A stretch of 64,000 bases of DNA, taken from positions 315,810 to 379,809 of the forward strand of contig NZ_VOPH01000004.1 in NCBI RefSeq assembly GCF_009765275.1, written 5' to 3'. The DNA is from Chachezhania sediminis (lineage in GTDB: Bacteria > Pseudomonadota > Alphaproteobacteria > Rhodobacterales > Rhodobacteraceae). Below, one piece after another: positions 27,814 to 38,251 of this stretch (the stretch's first letter is position 1; the number at the start of each line of letters is the position of its first letter). Below the pieces are notes generated by a model. It did no database searches and had not been told where the DNA came from. It saw only the letters and a program-made list of their open reading frames with translations. The position numbers and the translations under genes are program-made.

Positions 27814-28941
27814 ATGGCTTCGGGTGAACAGGTGGACGTGATCGTGATCGGCGCCGGCATGGCCGGGGCTTCGGCCGCGGCAGAGCTGTCGCGGGATACC
27901 AGGGTCCTGCTGCTGGAGATGGAAGGCCAGCCCGGCTATCACACGACCGGACGGTCCGCGGCGATGTACGAACCGGGCTATGGCCCGCCGGGGATCCGGG
28001 CGCTGACCCGTGCCGCGGGCACGTTCTTTCACGATCCGCCCGAAGGCTTTGCCGAGGCACCGCTGGTCACGCCCCGGGGTGTGCTGATGATCGCGCGGGC
28101 CGACCAGTCGGACACGCTGGACGCCATGATCACCGAGGCTTCGGCCGAAGGCACGGTCGAACGGCTGGATGCCGACGCGGCGCGCAAGCTCGTGCCGGTG
28201 CTTCGCGATGGCTATGCCGTGGGGGCCATGCTGTCGAAAAGCGGGCAGGACATCGACGTGCACGGGCTGTTGCAGGGTTATTTGCGCGCCTTCCGTGCCC
28301 GGGGCGGGAAACTGGTGACAAAGGCCCCTGTCACCGGCCTGACCCGGACGGCCGACGCCTGGACGGTCGAAACGGCCGCCGGCACCTTCAACGCTCCGGT
28401 GGTCGTCAATGCCGCCGGGGCCTGGGCCGACCGGATCGGCGCGCTGGCCGGGGCCGAGACCATCGGGCTGACGCCCAGGCGCCGCACGGCCCTGACCATC
28501 GCGGCGCCCGAGGGCGTGGATGTCGACGGCTGGCCCATGACCTGCGACGTGGACGAGGCGTTCTACATGAAGCCCGATGCCGGGCGACTGCTGATTTCGC
28601 CCGCCAACGAGGATCCGGAGGAGCCGCAGGACGTCCAGCCGGACGAGTTGGACATCGCCATCTGTATCGACCGGATCGAGACCGCCTTTGACCTGAAGGT
28701 CCGCCGCATCGAAAGCCGCTGGGCGGGCCTGCGCAGCTTCGTGGCCGACGGGGAACCGGTTGTGGGCTATTCCGACGTCGCGCCGGGCTTTTTCTGGCTG
28801 GCCGGGCAGGGCGGTTACGGCATCCAGACGGCGCCCGCCCTGTCGCGGCTGGCGGCGGCGCTGGTGCTGGGCCGGGGCGTTCCGGACGACATCGCGGCCC
28901 AGGGGCTGGTGCCGGAAAAGCTGGCGCCTGGACGGCTGTGA
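27814..28941 (+). CDS. FAD-dependent oxidoreductase (DAO family; glycine/sarcosine/D-amino-acid-oxidase-like)
   Basis: N-terminal GxGxxG (VIVIGAGMAGASAA) and the DAO fold length. Confidence 0.75.
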   Translation: MASGEQVDVIVIGAGMAGASAAAELSRDTRVLLLEMEGQPGYHTTGRSAAMYEPGYGPPGIRALTRAAGTFFHDPPEGFAEAPLVTPRGVLMIARADQSDTLDAMITEASAEGTVERLDADAARKLVPVLRDGYAVGAMLSKSGQDIDVHGLLQGYLRAFRARGGKLVTKAPVTGLTRTADAWTVETAAGTFNAPVVVNAAGAWADRIGALAGAETIGLTPRRRTALTIAAPEGVDVDGWPMTCDVDEAFYMKPDAGRLLISPANEDPEEPQDVQPDELDIAICIDRIETAFDLKVRRIESRWAGLRSFVADGEPVVGYSDVAPGFFWLAGQGGYGIQTAPALSRLAAALVLGRGVPDDIAAQGLVPEKLAPGRL

Positions 28942-28945
28942 GGCG

Positions 28946-29395
28946 TCAGTCTTCGATCACGCTTTCGGTGCGGGACCGGCGCCTGTAGATGCCGTGGACG
29001 CTGGCGACGGTCGTGTCGCCCACCACCATCAGCGCGCGGAAGAAGAACATCCGCCGCGTGACGCGGGTCAGTTCCGGCGTGGCCCCGACCTGATCGCCCT
29101 GTTTCACCGGCGCCAGGTCGTCGCCCGAGAGCGTGATCGTCGGGCCGGTCTTTTCGGACGAGGTCAGGTCCATCGCGCGACCCATCATGTCGGCGAAGAC
29201 GGCCAGCGTGCCGCCATGGCAGAGGCCCGACCGGTTCAGGCGGCGTCGTTCGACGCGGAAGCCCAGCGTGCCGGGGCCGGTTGCGGCGGGCATCAAGTAG
29301 TGCGGGCCGTTGACGGCCGCCATCTCGGTCGGGTCTTCGAGGCGGACAAAGCCGGGCGGGACGGACATCGATTCTGGCAAGGGGACGGTCGTCAT
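28946..29395 (-). CDS. PaaI-family hotdog-fold thioesterase
   Basis: LCHGGTLAVFADMMGRAM core. The start is ambiguous between 29395 (MTTVPLPES) and 29368 (MSVPPGF). Confidence 0.65.
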   Translation of the reverse strand: MTTVPLPESMSVPPGFVRLEDPTEMAAVNGPHYLMPAATGPGTLGFRVERRRLNRSGLCHGGTLAVFADMMGRAMDLTSSEKTGPTITLSGDDLAPVKQGDQVGATPELTRVTRRMFFFRALMVVGDTTVASVHGIYRRRSRTESVIED

Positions 29396-29510
29396 GGTCA
29401 CTCTGACCCGGGTCCTGGTCCTGCCGGGACTGGTGGCCCGGGCACAAACATGCATGACTGAAGTCCGGGGGTCGCCGGGATATAAGACCGGAGTGGGCCG
29501 GGACAGGGAG

Positions 29511-30266
29511 ATGACGATGACCGACCAGGTTCTGCAACAATCCACGGCAGACGGGGTGCTGACGCTGGCGATGAACCGGCCCGACGCGCTGAATTCGCTG
29601 TCGCGGGCCTTGAAGGCAGCGATGGTGGCGGCACTGAAGGTGGCCGATGCGGATGCCGGGATCCGCGCCATTGTGATCACCGGCCGGGGCCGTGCCTTCT
29701 GTGCGGGGCTGGATCTGAAGGAACTTGGATCATCGGGCGCGCCGGTCGGCACGTCCCTGGCGGCCGACACCAATCTGGGCGACACGCTGGCGGCGGTGAA
29801 AAAGCCGGTGATCGCGGCGGTGAACGGGCTGGCGGTGACCGGCGGGTTCGAACTGGCGCTGGCCTGCGACATGTGCCTGGCGGGGCGGTCGGCCTGGTTC
29901 GGCGACACCCATGCGAAATTCGGGCTGATCCCGGGCTGGGGCCTGTCCCAGCGCCTGCCGCGGCTGATCGGGCCGCACCGCGCCAAGGAGATTTCCCTGA
30001 CAGGGCGCCGGGTGACGGCGGAAGAGGCGGAACGGCTGGGCTTCATCAACCGTTGTGTCGACGATGCGGATCTGGGGACGGAGGCACAGGCGCTGGCCGC
30101 TGCGGCCGCGGCCTTCGATCCGGCGAATGTGGCGGCGATGAAGAAGCTGATCGACGACGGCTATGCAATGCCCTTTGGCGAGGCCATGGAATTCGAGGAT
30201 CGGGCGGCAGATGCCAACAATGGCGGGGTGGCAATCCGGCCGGGGGCCATCGGATCGAAGCCCTGA
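29511..30266 (+). CDS. Enoyl-CoA hydratase/isomerase family protein
   Basis: AFCAGLDLKE, VNGLAVTGGFELALACDMCLAG..A.FG. Start at MTMTDQ. Confidence 0.8.
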   Translation: MTMTDQVLQQSTADGVLTLAMNRPDALNSLSRALKAAMVAALKVADADAGIRAIVITGRGRAFCAGLDLKELGSSGAPVGTSLAADTNLGDTLAAVKKPVIAAVNGLAVTGGFELALACDMCLAGRSAWFGDTHAKFGLIPGWGLSQRLPRLIGPHRAKEISLTGRRVTAEEAERLGFINRCVDDADLGTEAQALAAAAAAFDPANVAAMKKLIDDGYAMPFGEAMEFEDRAADANNGGVAIRPGAIGSKP

Positions 30267-30368
30267 CACAGAGCACATGCCGGACCGCGACGGCGTCCGG
30301 CATCGGTGGCTCGACAGGGTGAGGCCTGCAGGATCGGCCGTCAGAGGGCGGTCAAACGCGGCTGGCGT

Positions 30369-30746
30369 TCAGAGAAACCCCAGTTCCAGTCGCGCCTCGT
30401 CCGACATCATGTCCATGCCCCAGGGCGGTTCCCAGGTCAGGTCGACATCGACCTTGCGGACACCCGGCAGGGGTTCGACGGCATCGGCGACCCAGCCCGG
30501 CATGTCGCCGGCCACGGGGCAGCCCGGGGCTGTGAGGGTCATCAGGATGCGGACGTCGTTTTCTTCGCTGATCTCGATGGTGTAGATCAGCCCCAGCTCG
30601 TAGATGTTCACCGGGATTTCCGGGTCATAGACCGTGCGGCAGGCGTCGGTGACGGCCTCGTAAAGCGGATGGTCCGTGGTCGACGGTGCGATCAACGGTG
30701 TGCCTTCCAGCGGCTGGGTGCTTTCGGTCATTCCGGCCTCGTTCAT
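30369..30746 (-). CDS. DUF59/SufT-like (MIP18-family) Fe-S assembly protein
   Basis: VYDPEIPVNIYELGLIY...TLTAPGCPVAGDMPGWV is the DUF59 signature. Start at MNEAGM; MTEST is an alternative. Confidence 0.6.
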   Translation of the reverse strand: MNEAGMTESTQPLEGTPLIAPSTTDHPLYEAVTDACRTVYDPEIPVNIYELGLIYTIEISEENDVRILMTLTAPGCPVAGDMPGWVADAVEPLPGVRKVDVDLTWEPPWGMDMMSDEARLELGFL

Positions 30747-30812
30747 ATCCTGACCGAATATATAGGATTTTGCGCAGGTAACGTCCACCCCGCGGCTGGT
30801 ATGGGGAGCGCG

Positions 30813-31094
30813 TCAGTCGTTGATGTCCCGGCGGATGATCCGCACCTGTCCGGTGGGCAGCGCAAAGAGCCGCCGCAGCACAATCCAGGCCACCAGCGCC
30901 ACCACCGCGAAGATCACAAGCAGCGCCAGCGCGCCCACGGCCAGGGGCAGGATTAGCAGCAACAGCCCAACCAGCAGGGCGGAAATCGCGAAGCCCAGGA
31001 AGACGAAGCCGGGCACCAGCACCTCCAGCGTGGCAAGGACCAGCGCGGCGGCCAGCCAGACCCACCAGAGGACAAGAAGGTCCAGAAAGATCAT
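30813..31094 (-). CDS. NfeD-like small membrane protein
   Basis: 93 aa, two TM helices plus a C-terminal beta-domain. Overlaps the stop of the SPFH gene; this is the classical SPFH/NfeD pairing. Confidence 0.65.
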   Translation of the reverse strand: MIFLDLLVLWWVWLAAALVLATLEVLVPGFVFLGFAISALLVGLLLLILPLAVGALALLVIFAVVALVAWIVLRRLFALPTGQVRIIRRDIND

Positions 31095-31999
31095 CGCCCG
31101 GCCCCTGTCTTGCCCACGCCCCTGAGCATGGCGAAGGCGTCGCCGAAGGCATCCATCGCGTTGGCGGGCAGGACGATGGTCTGGCGGCCTTCGCCCTTGC
31201 CCAGCGCCACCAGCGCCTCGACCTGTTTCAGGGCGACCTGGTACTGTGCCGCCTCGATCCCGTGATCGCGGATCGCCCTGGCCACCACCTCGGTCGCGTA
31301 AGCTTCGGCATCGGCCTGGATGCGGCGCGCCTTGGCGATCTGTTCCGAGGAATAAAGTTCGGCATCCGCGGCCAGTTCGACCGCGCGCTTCTTGCCTTCG
31401 GCCTCTGTCACCTGGGCGCGGCGGGCGCGTTCGGCGTTCAGCTGCTGCAGCATCGCTGCGCGGGTCGCCTGGTCCAGGTTCACGTCCAGAAGTTCCGCCC
31501 GGGTGACCTCGATCCCCCAGTCGTCGACCACGGCAAATACCGATTCCTTGATCGTCGCGGTCAGGGTGGCGCGGTTCGACTGCACCTCGTCCAGTTCCAT
31601 CTTGCCGATTTCCGAGCGCACGATGCCGGCCACGGTGGTCGCGATGGCCGCGTCCACGTCGCGGATCCGGTAGACGGTCTTTTCCGGTTCGATGATGCGG
31701 TAGAAGACGGAACTTTCGACTTCGACCAGCACGTTGTCCGATGTGATGGCATCCTGGCTCATCGTCGGAAGCTGCCGTTCCAGGATCGAAATCCGGTGCG
31801 CGACATAGTCGATGAAGGGCACGATCACGTTGATGCCCGGCCCCAGCACCGAATGCAGCCGGCCGAACCGTTCGACCACGTATTTTTCCGACTGCGGCAC
31901 AATCTTCACGCCGCGGAAGATCACCACCACGACCAGCACGAAGGCCAGGACATAGACGAGGTTCCCGGCCAGAAGGTCGATCAGAAGTTGTTCGTCCAT
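31091..31999 (-). CDS. SPFH/band-7 (stomatin/HflC-like) protein
   Basis: N-terminal TM plus PHB domain (IVPQSEKYVVERFGR...). A GGAGGA Shine-Dalgarno precedes the ATG at 31997-31999. Confidence 0.8.
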   Translation of the reverse strand: MDEQLLIDLLAGNLVYVLAFVLVVVVIFRGVKIVPQSEKYVVERFGRLHSVLGPGINVIVPFIDYVAHRISILERQLPTMSQDAITSDNVLVEVESSVFYRIIEPEKTVYRIRDVDAAIATTVAGIVRSEIGKMELDEVQSNRATLTATIKESVFAVVDDWGIEVTRAELLDVNLDQATRAAMLQQLNAERARRAQVTEAEGKKRAVELAADAELYSSEQIAKARRIQADAEAYATEVVARAIRDHGIEAAQYQVALKQVEALVALGKGEGRQTIVLPANAMDAFGDAFAMLRGVGKTGAGR

Positions 32000-32911
32000 C
32001 GGTGATCCTCCTGTCCGTGGCACAACCTTCATGTAGGATGTGCCGGATCGGAAGTCACGATCCGACCGCCCCCAGCGGTTGGGGGTCGCGTTCATGATCT
32101 GCTCCATGATCGTGCCGGTGCCGGTGTCGGTATCGGCGCTGAAGCTGATCAGGCGCGGCGGGCAGGTCTGGAAGGTGTCCGCCAGTTGCTGGACGATGGC
32201 CAGCGCCGGTGACAGCGCCCAGGATAGGTTTTCCTGCCATTCGTCGAAACCGCGCGCCTCGTGAAAGCGTTCGAACGGGTCCAGGTCCAGCCGGGTGATC
32301 AGCTGGCTGACAACACCGTTGAACCACTTGTCCTGCGTCGTGAACAGGATTTTCCATTTGCCGTGATGCAGGCCGTGGAAGGGGGATTCGGTGAAATAGA
32401 AGAATTCCATGCGGTTGGACGGGCCGGTGCCGTTCAGGATCGGCCTCTGGTCGTAACCGTCCAGTTGGACACGATAATTCGTGCCGCCGATGTCGGCGCC
32501 GTCCAGCTGCCCGTCCTTCAGGTCGGGCTGGCCCGGAACGGACATGATGGTGGGCATCCAGTCCCCCATCGGCGTCATCTCGCCGGTGGTGGTGCCGGCA
32601 GGGATCACGCCCGGCCATTTCACCGCTATCGGCACCTTGAAGCCGCCTTCATAGCCGCCCAGCCCCTTTTCGCCGCGGAAGGGCTGGTTGCCGCCGTCGG
32701 GCCAGGAATGCGTCGCCGCCCCGTTGCCGGTCGAGAACATGGCCATGGCGTTGTCGGCCACGCCCAGTTCGTCCAGCAGGTTCAGCAGTTCGCCCACGTC
32801 GTCGTCCGGTTCGACCATCCCGTCGGCACAGACGTTGCCGGTGATGCCCTTCTGGTGGTCGTTCAGGTGGGTCTGGCAGTGCATCCGCGTCGCGTTGTGC
32901 CGGACAAACAA
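32000..32911 (-). pseudogene. 5'-truncated sulfatase (arylsulfatase-family C-terminal half only)
   Basis: Translation contains sulfatase C-terminal blocks (DNAMAMFSTGNG...RGEKGLGGYEGGFKVPIAVKWPGVIPAG...FFYFTESP...GKWKILFTTQD). The N-terminal catalytic half with the C/S-x-P-x-R motif is missing. Only 128 nt separate it from the next gene. It continues in frame into the SPFH gene with no stop codon. Confidence 0.5.
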
Positions 32912-33039
32912 CGGTTCCCCCGCGGCGACGGCGTCACGGGGGAAGCGTTTGGATGGGCTTTTTTCCCGGAGTGTAGAACAGCCTTAAGGCGAACCGTGCG
33001 GGAACCCGTGCGCTTGTGTGTCGATGAGAGCGTTCCGGC

Positions 33040-34446
33040 CTATGCGTCTTCCGACGCTGCGGCCTTGCGGCGACGCACCGGCTGCGGGCGCACGCGCAGC
33101 TCGATCTCGTCATAAAGCTTGCCGACGATGTCCTTGCCGGTCGCCGTCTCGATCCCCTCGAACCCGGGGGAGGAATTGACCTCCAGCACCTTGGGCCCGT
33201 CGGAGGATCGCAGAAGGTCGACGCCCGCCAGGTTCAGCCCGAAGGCGCGGGCGGCGCGCAGGGCGGTGTCGCGCTCTTCCTTCGTGATGCGGACTGCCGT
33301 TGCCGTACCGCCCTGGTGCAGGTTCGACCGGAAGTCGCCTTCGGCCCCGGTGCGCTTCATCGCCGCCACGACGCGGGACCCCACGACCAGACAGCGGATA
33401 TCCTCGCCCGCGGCTTCCTTGACGAATTGCTGGACCAGGAAGTTCGCGCGCAGGCCCCGGAAGGCGGAAATCACGCTTTCGGCGGCCTTGGTCGTTTCCG
33501 CCAGCACCACGCCCTTGCCTTGCGTGCTTTCCAGCAGCTTCACCACCAGCGGCGCGTCGCCCACCAGTTCGATCAGGTTGTCGGTGTCCTTGGGCGACGC
33601 CGCAAAGGCCGTAACCGGCATCCCGATCTGGCGGGCGGCCAACACCTGATGGGCATGCAGCTTGTCCCGGCTGGCGGTGATGCCGGCGCTGCCGTTCACG
33701 CAGAAGGTCCCTATGGTTTCGAACTGGCGGATGACGGCCGTCCCATAGGGCGTGATCGAGGCCCCGATGCGCGGGATCACCGCGTCATAGCGGGGCAGGC
33801 GCTTGCCATCGTAATGCACTTCGGGCGCCAGGGCGTTGATCGCCATGTAGCAGCGCGCGGTATCGATCACCTCCACCACGTGGCCGCGGGCTTCGCCGGT
33901 TTCGACCAGACGCTTGGTGGAATAGTTGTTCTCGCGGCTCAGGACCGCGATCCTGAGCGCGCGTTTCGGCGCGGCGCGGCGGACCTGCTGGGAATGGTAG
34001 ACGTCGTAGCTGAGTTCCGGCTGCAGGTTCCGTTCCGTGGGCGCGATGGAGATATGCTCGCTGAGCGCCTGCCGGCCCAGCAGCATGCGCGAGGCCATGC
34101 CGGACCGGTTGGTCAGCGTCACCTCGATCGGCCAGCTTTGGCCGGCGACGGTCAGATTGGTGCGGATGACATAGCGCAGTTCGGATTCCCCGTTGGACGA
34201 CGTCACCTCGCGCCGGTCGACCAGTTCGGCGGAACAGGCGATGGCCAGATCGGTGCGGCCGGGGATCGGCTGGACGGAAAAGCGGACGCGCGGATGCGAG
34301 ACGGGGCCGAACGTTTCGATATCCGAGGCATGGAGCGCCGAGGTCCGCGCCCCGGTATCCACCTTGGCCCGGATCGCGGGCAGGCCGAGATCGGGCAGGG
34401 CGACCCATTCTTCCCATCCGAAGGTCAGGGGCTTGGGCTGGAACAT
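33040..34446 (-). CDS. RimK-like ATP-grasp ligase fused to an N-terminal putative ATP-dependent zinc-protease (retropepsin-like) domain
   Basis: C-terminal ATP-grasp core ([37 protein letters not shown]). The N-terminal about 150 aa ([30 protein letters not shown]) is a RimK-associated aspartyl-protease-like domain. Start at MFQPKPL. Confidence 0.7.
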   Translation of the reverse strand: MFQPKPLTFGWEEWVALPDLGLPAIRAKVDTGARTSALHASDIETFGPVSHPRVRFSVQPIPGRTDLAIACSAELVDRREVTSSNGESELRYVIRTNLTVAGQSWPIEVTLTNRSGMASRMLLGRQALSEHISIAPTERNLQPELSYDVYHSQQVRRAAPKRALRIAVLSRENNYSTKRLVETGEARGHVVEVIDTARCYMAINALAPEVHYDGKRLPRYDAVIPRIGASITPYGTAVIRQFETIGTFCVNGSAGITASRDKLHAHQVLAARQIGMPVTAFAASPKDTDNLIELVGDAPLVVKLLESTQGKGVVLAETTKAAESVISAFRGLRANFLVQQFVKEAAGEDIRCLVVGSRVVAAMKRTGAEGDFRSNLHQGGTATAVRITKEERDTALRAARAFGLNLAGVDLLRSSDGPKVLEVNSSPGFEGIETATGKDIVGKLYDEIELRVRPQPVRRRKAAASEDA

Positions 34447-34944
34447 GTCGACTCCGTCAGATTGAGAGGCGGCCCCTATAGGGCCGATGCATGGCCGGCG
34501 AAACCCGCGAATTTCGGTCGGGCAGGGCGCTGCCGGATGAATCGCGTGCGTCGCCGTTCCAGTGTCGGAACTTGGTGAAGAATGTGTGAATGTCCGGGGC
34601 CAGTTCTGGCGCAACGCGGCGGCCCGACCCGATGACCCGACCCGGCCGGCCGACGCGCCGGATAGGCGCCCGTCCGGCGGCCGATACGGCCTGTCGAATG
34701 GACGTGGAGCGGGGCGAGGCAGGGCGCTGAAATGCGACCGGAGCGGGAACGCTTGCAGTCCCGGTCGCCATTTCACGTACTGCCTGCGGATTAATCACCG
34801 ACCTCGGGAGTGTCGCAAAAGTGACATGTTCGCGACGGCCGGCATCGGGGCACTGCGGGCCATGTTGCTGCAACCGCAAAACGGGCGTGAAGATCGGCCC
34901 AGTTACCAGGACGACTGGTTTAATCATTGCATAGGGGACAGAAC

Positions 34945-36342
34945 ATGGCCGAAGGGATACCGCATCACGATCTGGTCTACGGGCTGGACGATGTGCCACC
35001 GCCACCGCAGGCGGCACTGGCCGCGCTTCAGCACCTGCTGGCCGCCATCGTGGGGATCGCCACGCCGACACTGATCATCGGGGGCGTGCTGGGTCTGGGC
35101 GAACATGTGCCCTATCTGATCGCGATGGCCTTCTTCGTGTCGGGGGTCGGCACCTTCATCCAGTGCCGCAGGATCGGGCCGGTAGGGTCCGGCCTTCTCA
35201 GCCTGCAGGGCACCAGCTTTGCCTTTCTGGGCGCGGTGCTGGCTGCCGGTTTTGCGGTCAAGGGCCGCGGCGGCACGCCCGAGGACATCCTGGCGATGAT
35301 CTTCGGACTGTGCCTTGTGGGCTGTCTGGTCGAGGTGGTGCTGTCGCAGCTGCTGCCCTACCTGTCCAGGATCATCACCCCGACGGTGACGGGGATCGTG
35401 ATCACGGTGATCGGTCTCAGCCTGCTGCGGGTGGGGTTCACCGACTTTGCCGGCGGTGCCACGGCGGGCGAAAACCTGGGCGCGCCGGAAAACCTGCTGA
35501 TGGGGACGGTCGTCGTGGTGATCATCCTGGTCATGACCTTCCTGGGCAAGCCGATGCTGCGCATTTCCGCGATCATGGTGGGGCTGGTCGTCGGCACGAT
35601 CATCGCCGCCTTCATGGGCATGGTCAGCTTTGCGCCGGTGGCCAATGCGCAGCTTTTCGCGGTGCCGATGCCGTTCAAGTACGGTTTTGATTTCGACCTG
35701 GGTCTCTTCATCCCGATTGCGTTCCTGTACCTGGTGACGGCGATCGAGACCTCGGGCGACCTGACCGCGAACTCGGTCATCTCGGGCCAGCCGGTGGAAG
35801 GCGAGCTTTACATGAGCCGCATCAAGGGCGGCGTGCTGGGCGACGGGATCAATTCGGGGATCGCGGCGATCTTCTGCACCTTTCCGAACACGACCTTCAG
35901 CCAGAACAACGGCGTGATCCAGATGACGGGCGTTGCCAGCCGTCATGTGGGCCTGTGGATCGCGGGCTACCTGGTGCTGATGGGGCTGTTCCCGGTGATC
36001 GGCTCGGCCTTCCTGATCATCCCAAAACCAGTCCTGGGCGGCGCGACGCTGGTCCTGTTCGGCACCATCGCCGTGGCGGGCATCCGCATTCTGGCGACGG
36101 AACCGATCGACCAGCGCCGGGTCTATATCATGGCGGTCAGCTTCGGCCTGTCGCTGGGTGTGGTCATGGTGCCGGACGCCACGCAGCACCTGCCGACCTT
36201 CATCAAGCAGGTCGTGGCCGCCCCCATCACCCTGGCCGGTCTGTCCGCGATCATCCTGTCGCTGGTCCTGCCGGAACACGAAGTGACCGATCCCGAGGAA
36301 GAAGAGGCGCTGGAACTGGCCTCCGAAGCAGACGCGATCTGA
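34945..36342 (+). CDS. Nucleobase:cation symporter-2 (NCS2) family permease (xanthine/uracil-type)
   Basis: NCS2 signature region (FQHLLAAIVGIATPTLIIGG...) with 12-14 TM helices. ATG at 34945 with an upstream AGGGGA; the track ORF starts at an in-frame TTG at 34927. Confidence 0.8.
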   Translation: MAEGIPHHDLVYGLDDVPPPPQAALAALQHLLAAIVGIATPTLIIGGVLGLGEHVPYLIAMAFFVSGVGTFIQCRRIGPVGSGLLSLQGTSFAFLGAVLAAGFAVKGRGGTPEDILAMIFGLCLVGCLVEVVLSQLLPYLSRIITPTVTGIVITVIGLSLLRVGFTDFAGGATAGENLGAPENLLMGTVVVVIILVMTFLGKPMLRISAIMVGLVVGTIIAAFMGMVSFAPVANAQLFAVPMPFKYGFDFDLGLFIPIAFLYLVTAIETSGDLTANSVISGQPVEGELYMSRIKGGVLGDGINSGIAAIFCTFPNTTFSQNNGVIQMTGVASRHVGLWIAGYLVLMGLFPVIGSAFLIIPKPVLGGATLVLFGTIAVAGIRILATEPIDQRRVYIMAVSFGLSLGVVMVPDATQHLPTFIKQVVAAPITLAGLSAIILSLVLPEHEVTDPEEEEALELASEADAI

Positions 36343-36555
36343 CCTGGGACCCCACGGGGCCGGTCCATCCGGCCCAACGGTTCCCAGACGTTTTGCCGAC
36401 ACGTGCCAGACGCGCCCGGAGCTGTTCCGGGCGCGTTCTGCATGACCCGTAGGGCGGGGTTCACCCCTCTGCACCTGCCCTTGGGACCGGCAACGGCGGG
36501 GGGAGCCCCGCCCTGCCTTTGCGTCGCGGCGGTTTCGGGCGTAATCCCTGCTGCC

Positions 36556-37686
36556 ATGACCGACCGATTCTCATTTTCGCTGCAGGCCACCGACGGGGCC
36601 GCACGTACCGGCGTGATCTCGACCCCGAGGGGAGAGATCCGCACCCCTGCCTTCATGCCCGTGGGCACCGCCGCGACCGTCAAGGCGATGCGGCCCGAAA
36701 GCGTGGCCGAAACCGGCGCCGACATCCTGCTGGGCAATACCTATCACCTGATGCTGCGCCCCGGGGCGGAACGGATCGACCGGCTGGGCGGCCTGCACAG
36801 GTTCATGAACTGGGATAAGCCCATCCTGACCGACAGCGGCGGCTTTCAGGTGATGAGCCTGGCCGAACTGCGCAAGCTGACCGAGGAGGGCGTGACCTTC
36901 CGGTCCCATGTCGACGGGTCGCGCCACACGCTGACGCCGGAACGGTCGATGGAGATCCAGCGCCTGCTGGGGTCCGACATCGTGATGTGCTTCGACGAAT
37001 GCCCCGCGCTGCCCGCGACCGACGAACGCGTGGCCGAGGCCATGCGCCTGTCGATGCGGTGGGCGCTGCGGTCGCGCGAGGCCTTCGGCGACAGGCCGGG
37101 CCATGCGCTGTTCGGGATCCAGCAGGGCGGCGTCACGCGGGAATTGCGCGAAGAAAGCGCCAAGGCGCTGATCGAGATCGGTTTCGACGGCTATGCCCTG
37201 GGCGGGCTGGCCGTGGGCGAGGGGCAGGAGGCGATGTTCGGCGTCCTTGACTATGCGCCGGCCATGCTGCCCGCGGACAAGCCGCGCTATCTGATGGGCG
37301 TGGGCAAGCCCGACGACATCGTCGGCGCCGTGAAGCGCGGGGTCGACATGATGGACTGCGTGCTGCCGTCCCGGTCGGGACGGACGGGGCAGGCCTTTAC
37401 CCGCCGCGGCGTCGTGAACATCAAGAATGCGCGCCATGCCGACGATCCGCGCCCCCTGGACGAGGCCTGCACCTGTCCGGCCTGCCGCAGCTATTCCCGC
37501 GCCTACCTGCACCACCTGTTCCGCGCGGGCGAGATCCTGTCGTCGATGCTGATGACCTGGCACAACCTGCATTACTTCCAGGAGATCATGGCCGGAATGC
37601 GCGGCGCCATCGCCGAAGGCCGGTTCGATGCCTGGGAGGCAGAGTTCCACGCCGGCCGGGCCGAGGGGGATATCCCGCCGCTGTGA
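36556..37686 (+). CDS. tgt: Queuine tRNA-ribosyltransferase
   Basis: [27 protein letters not shown], zinc site CxCxxC...H ([17 protein letters not shown]). Confidence 0.9.
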   Translation: MTDRFSFSLQATDGAARTGVISTPRGEIRTPAFMPVGTAATVKAMRPESVAETGADILLGNTYHLMLRPGAERIDRLGGLHRFMNWDKPILTDSGGFQVMSLAELRKLTEEGVTFRSHVDGSRHTLTPERSMEIQRLLGSDIVMCFDECPALPATDERVAEAMRLSMRWALRSREAFGDRPGHALFGIQQGGVTRELREESAKALIEIGFDGYALGGLAVGEGQEAMFGVLDYAPAMLPADKPRYLMGVGKPDDIVGAVKRGVDMMDCVLPSRSGRTGQAFTRRGVVNIKNARHADDPRPLDEACTCPACRSYSRAYLHHLFRAGEILSSMLMTWHNLHYFQEIMAGMRGAIAEGRFDAWEAEFHAGRAEGDIPPL

Positions 37687-38149
37687 GGCAGCTTTGATCC
37701 CCGACGGGCCGGTCCCCGGTCTGCGGCGTCATGAGGCCGTCATCGACAGGCCACGCGTTGGGCCCGATCCGAATATTGTGCGCGCCCGTCCGGGCGCGCG
37801 GCGGTGCCCCGGACCGTGGCCGTTTGCGGACCCGGTGTGCGGTGCCCCGCGGTGCCGGCGGATCGGGGCGCGGCCCTTGAAGGGCCGGGACGCGATGAAT
37901 ATTTCAGCACTGCGCCGGGAAAGGCGGCGCCCTTCGGCAGGCGGGCCGGGCTTCTCCCCAGACGGGGACGGGACGCCGGACGCGACTTGCCGAAAAGACC
38001 CGGACCGGCCACGCTGGTTCGGCGACAGTGTGGGATTGCCACGAACGGACCCGCCACCAACCGGACCTGAACGGTCCGGAGCCGACGCTTCCCGAGGATC
38101 GGATCGACCGGACCAGATACCCGGCACGCCCCATCCGAACGGCGAGAGC

Positions 38150-38182
38150 GGTTGACAGAGCCGGAACGGTGCCCCACCTATT
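38150..38182 (+). promoter_or_regulatory. Sigma-32 (RpoH)-type heat-shock promoter upstream of lon
   Basis: gTTGACAg, a 14-nt spacer, then CCCCACCTAT matches the CTTGAAA-N13-15-CCCCATNT consensus. About 70 nt upstream of the lon ATG. Confidence 0.55.
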
Positions 38183-38251
38183 TCGTTCGACCGGAGACGG
38201 CCACCGTGCTGCCGCCTTGCGGGGCCTCGGCCGTCTTGCCCAAGATAAGGA

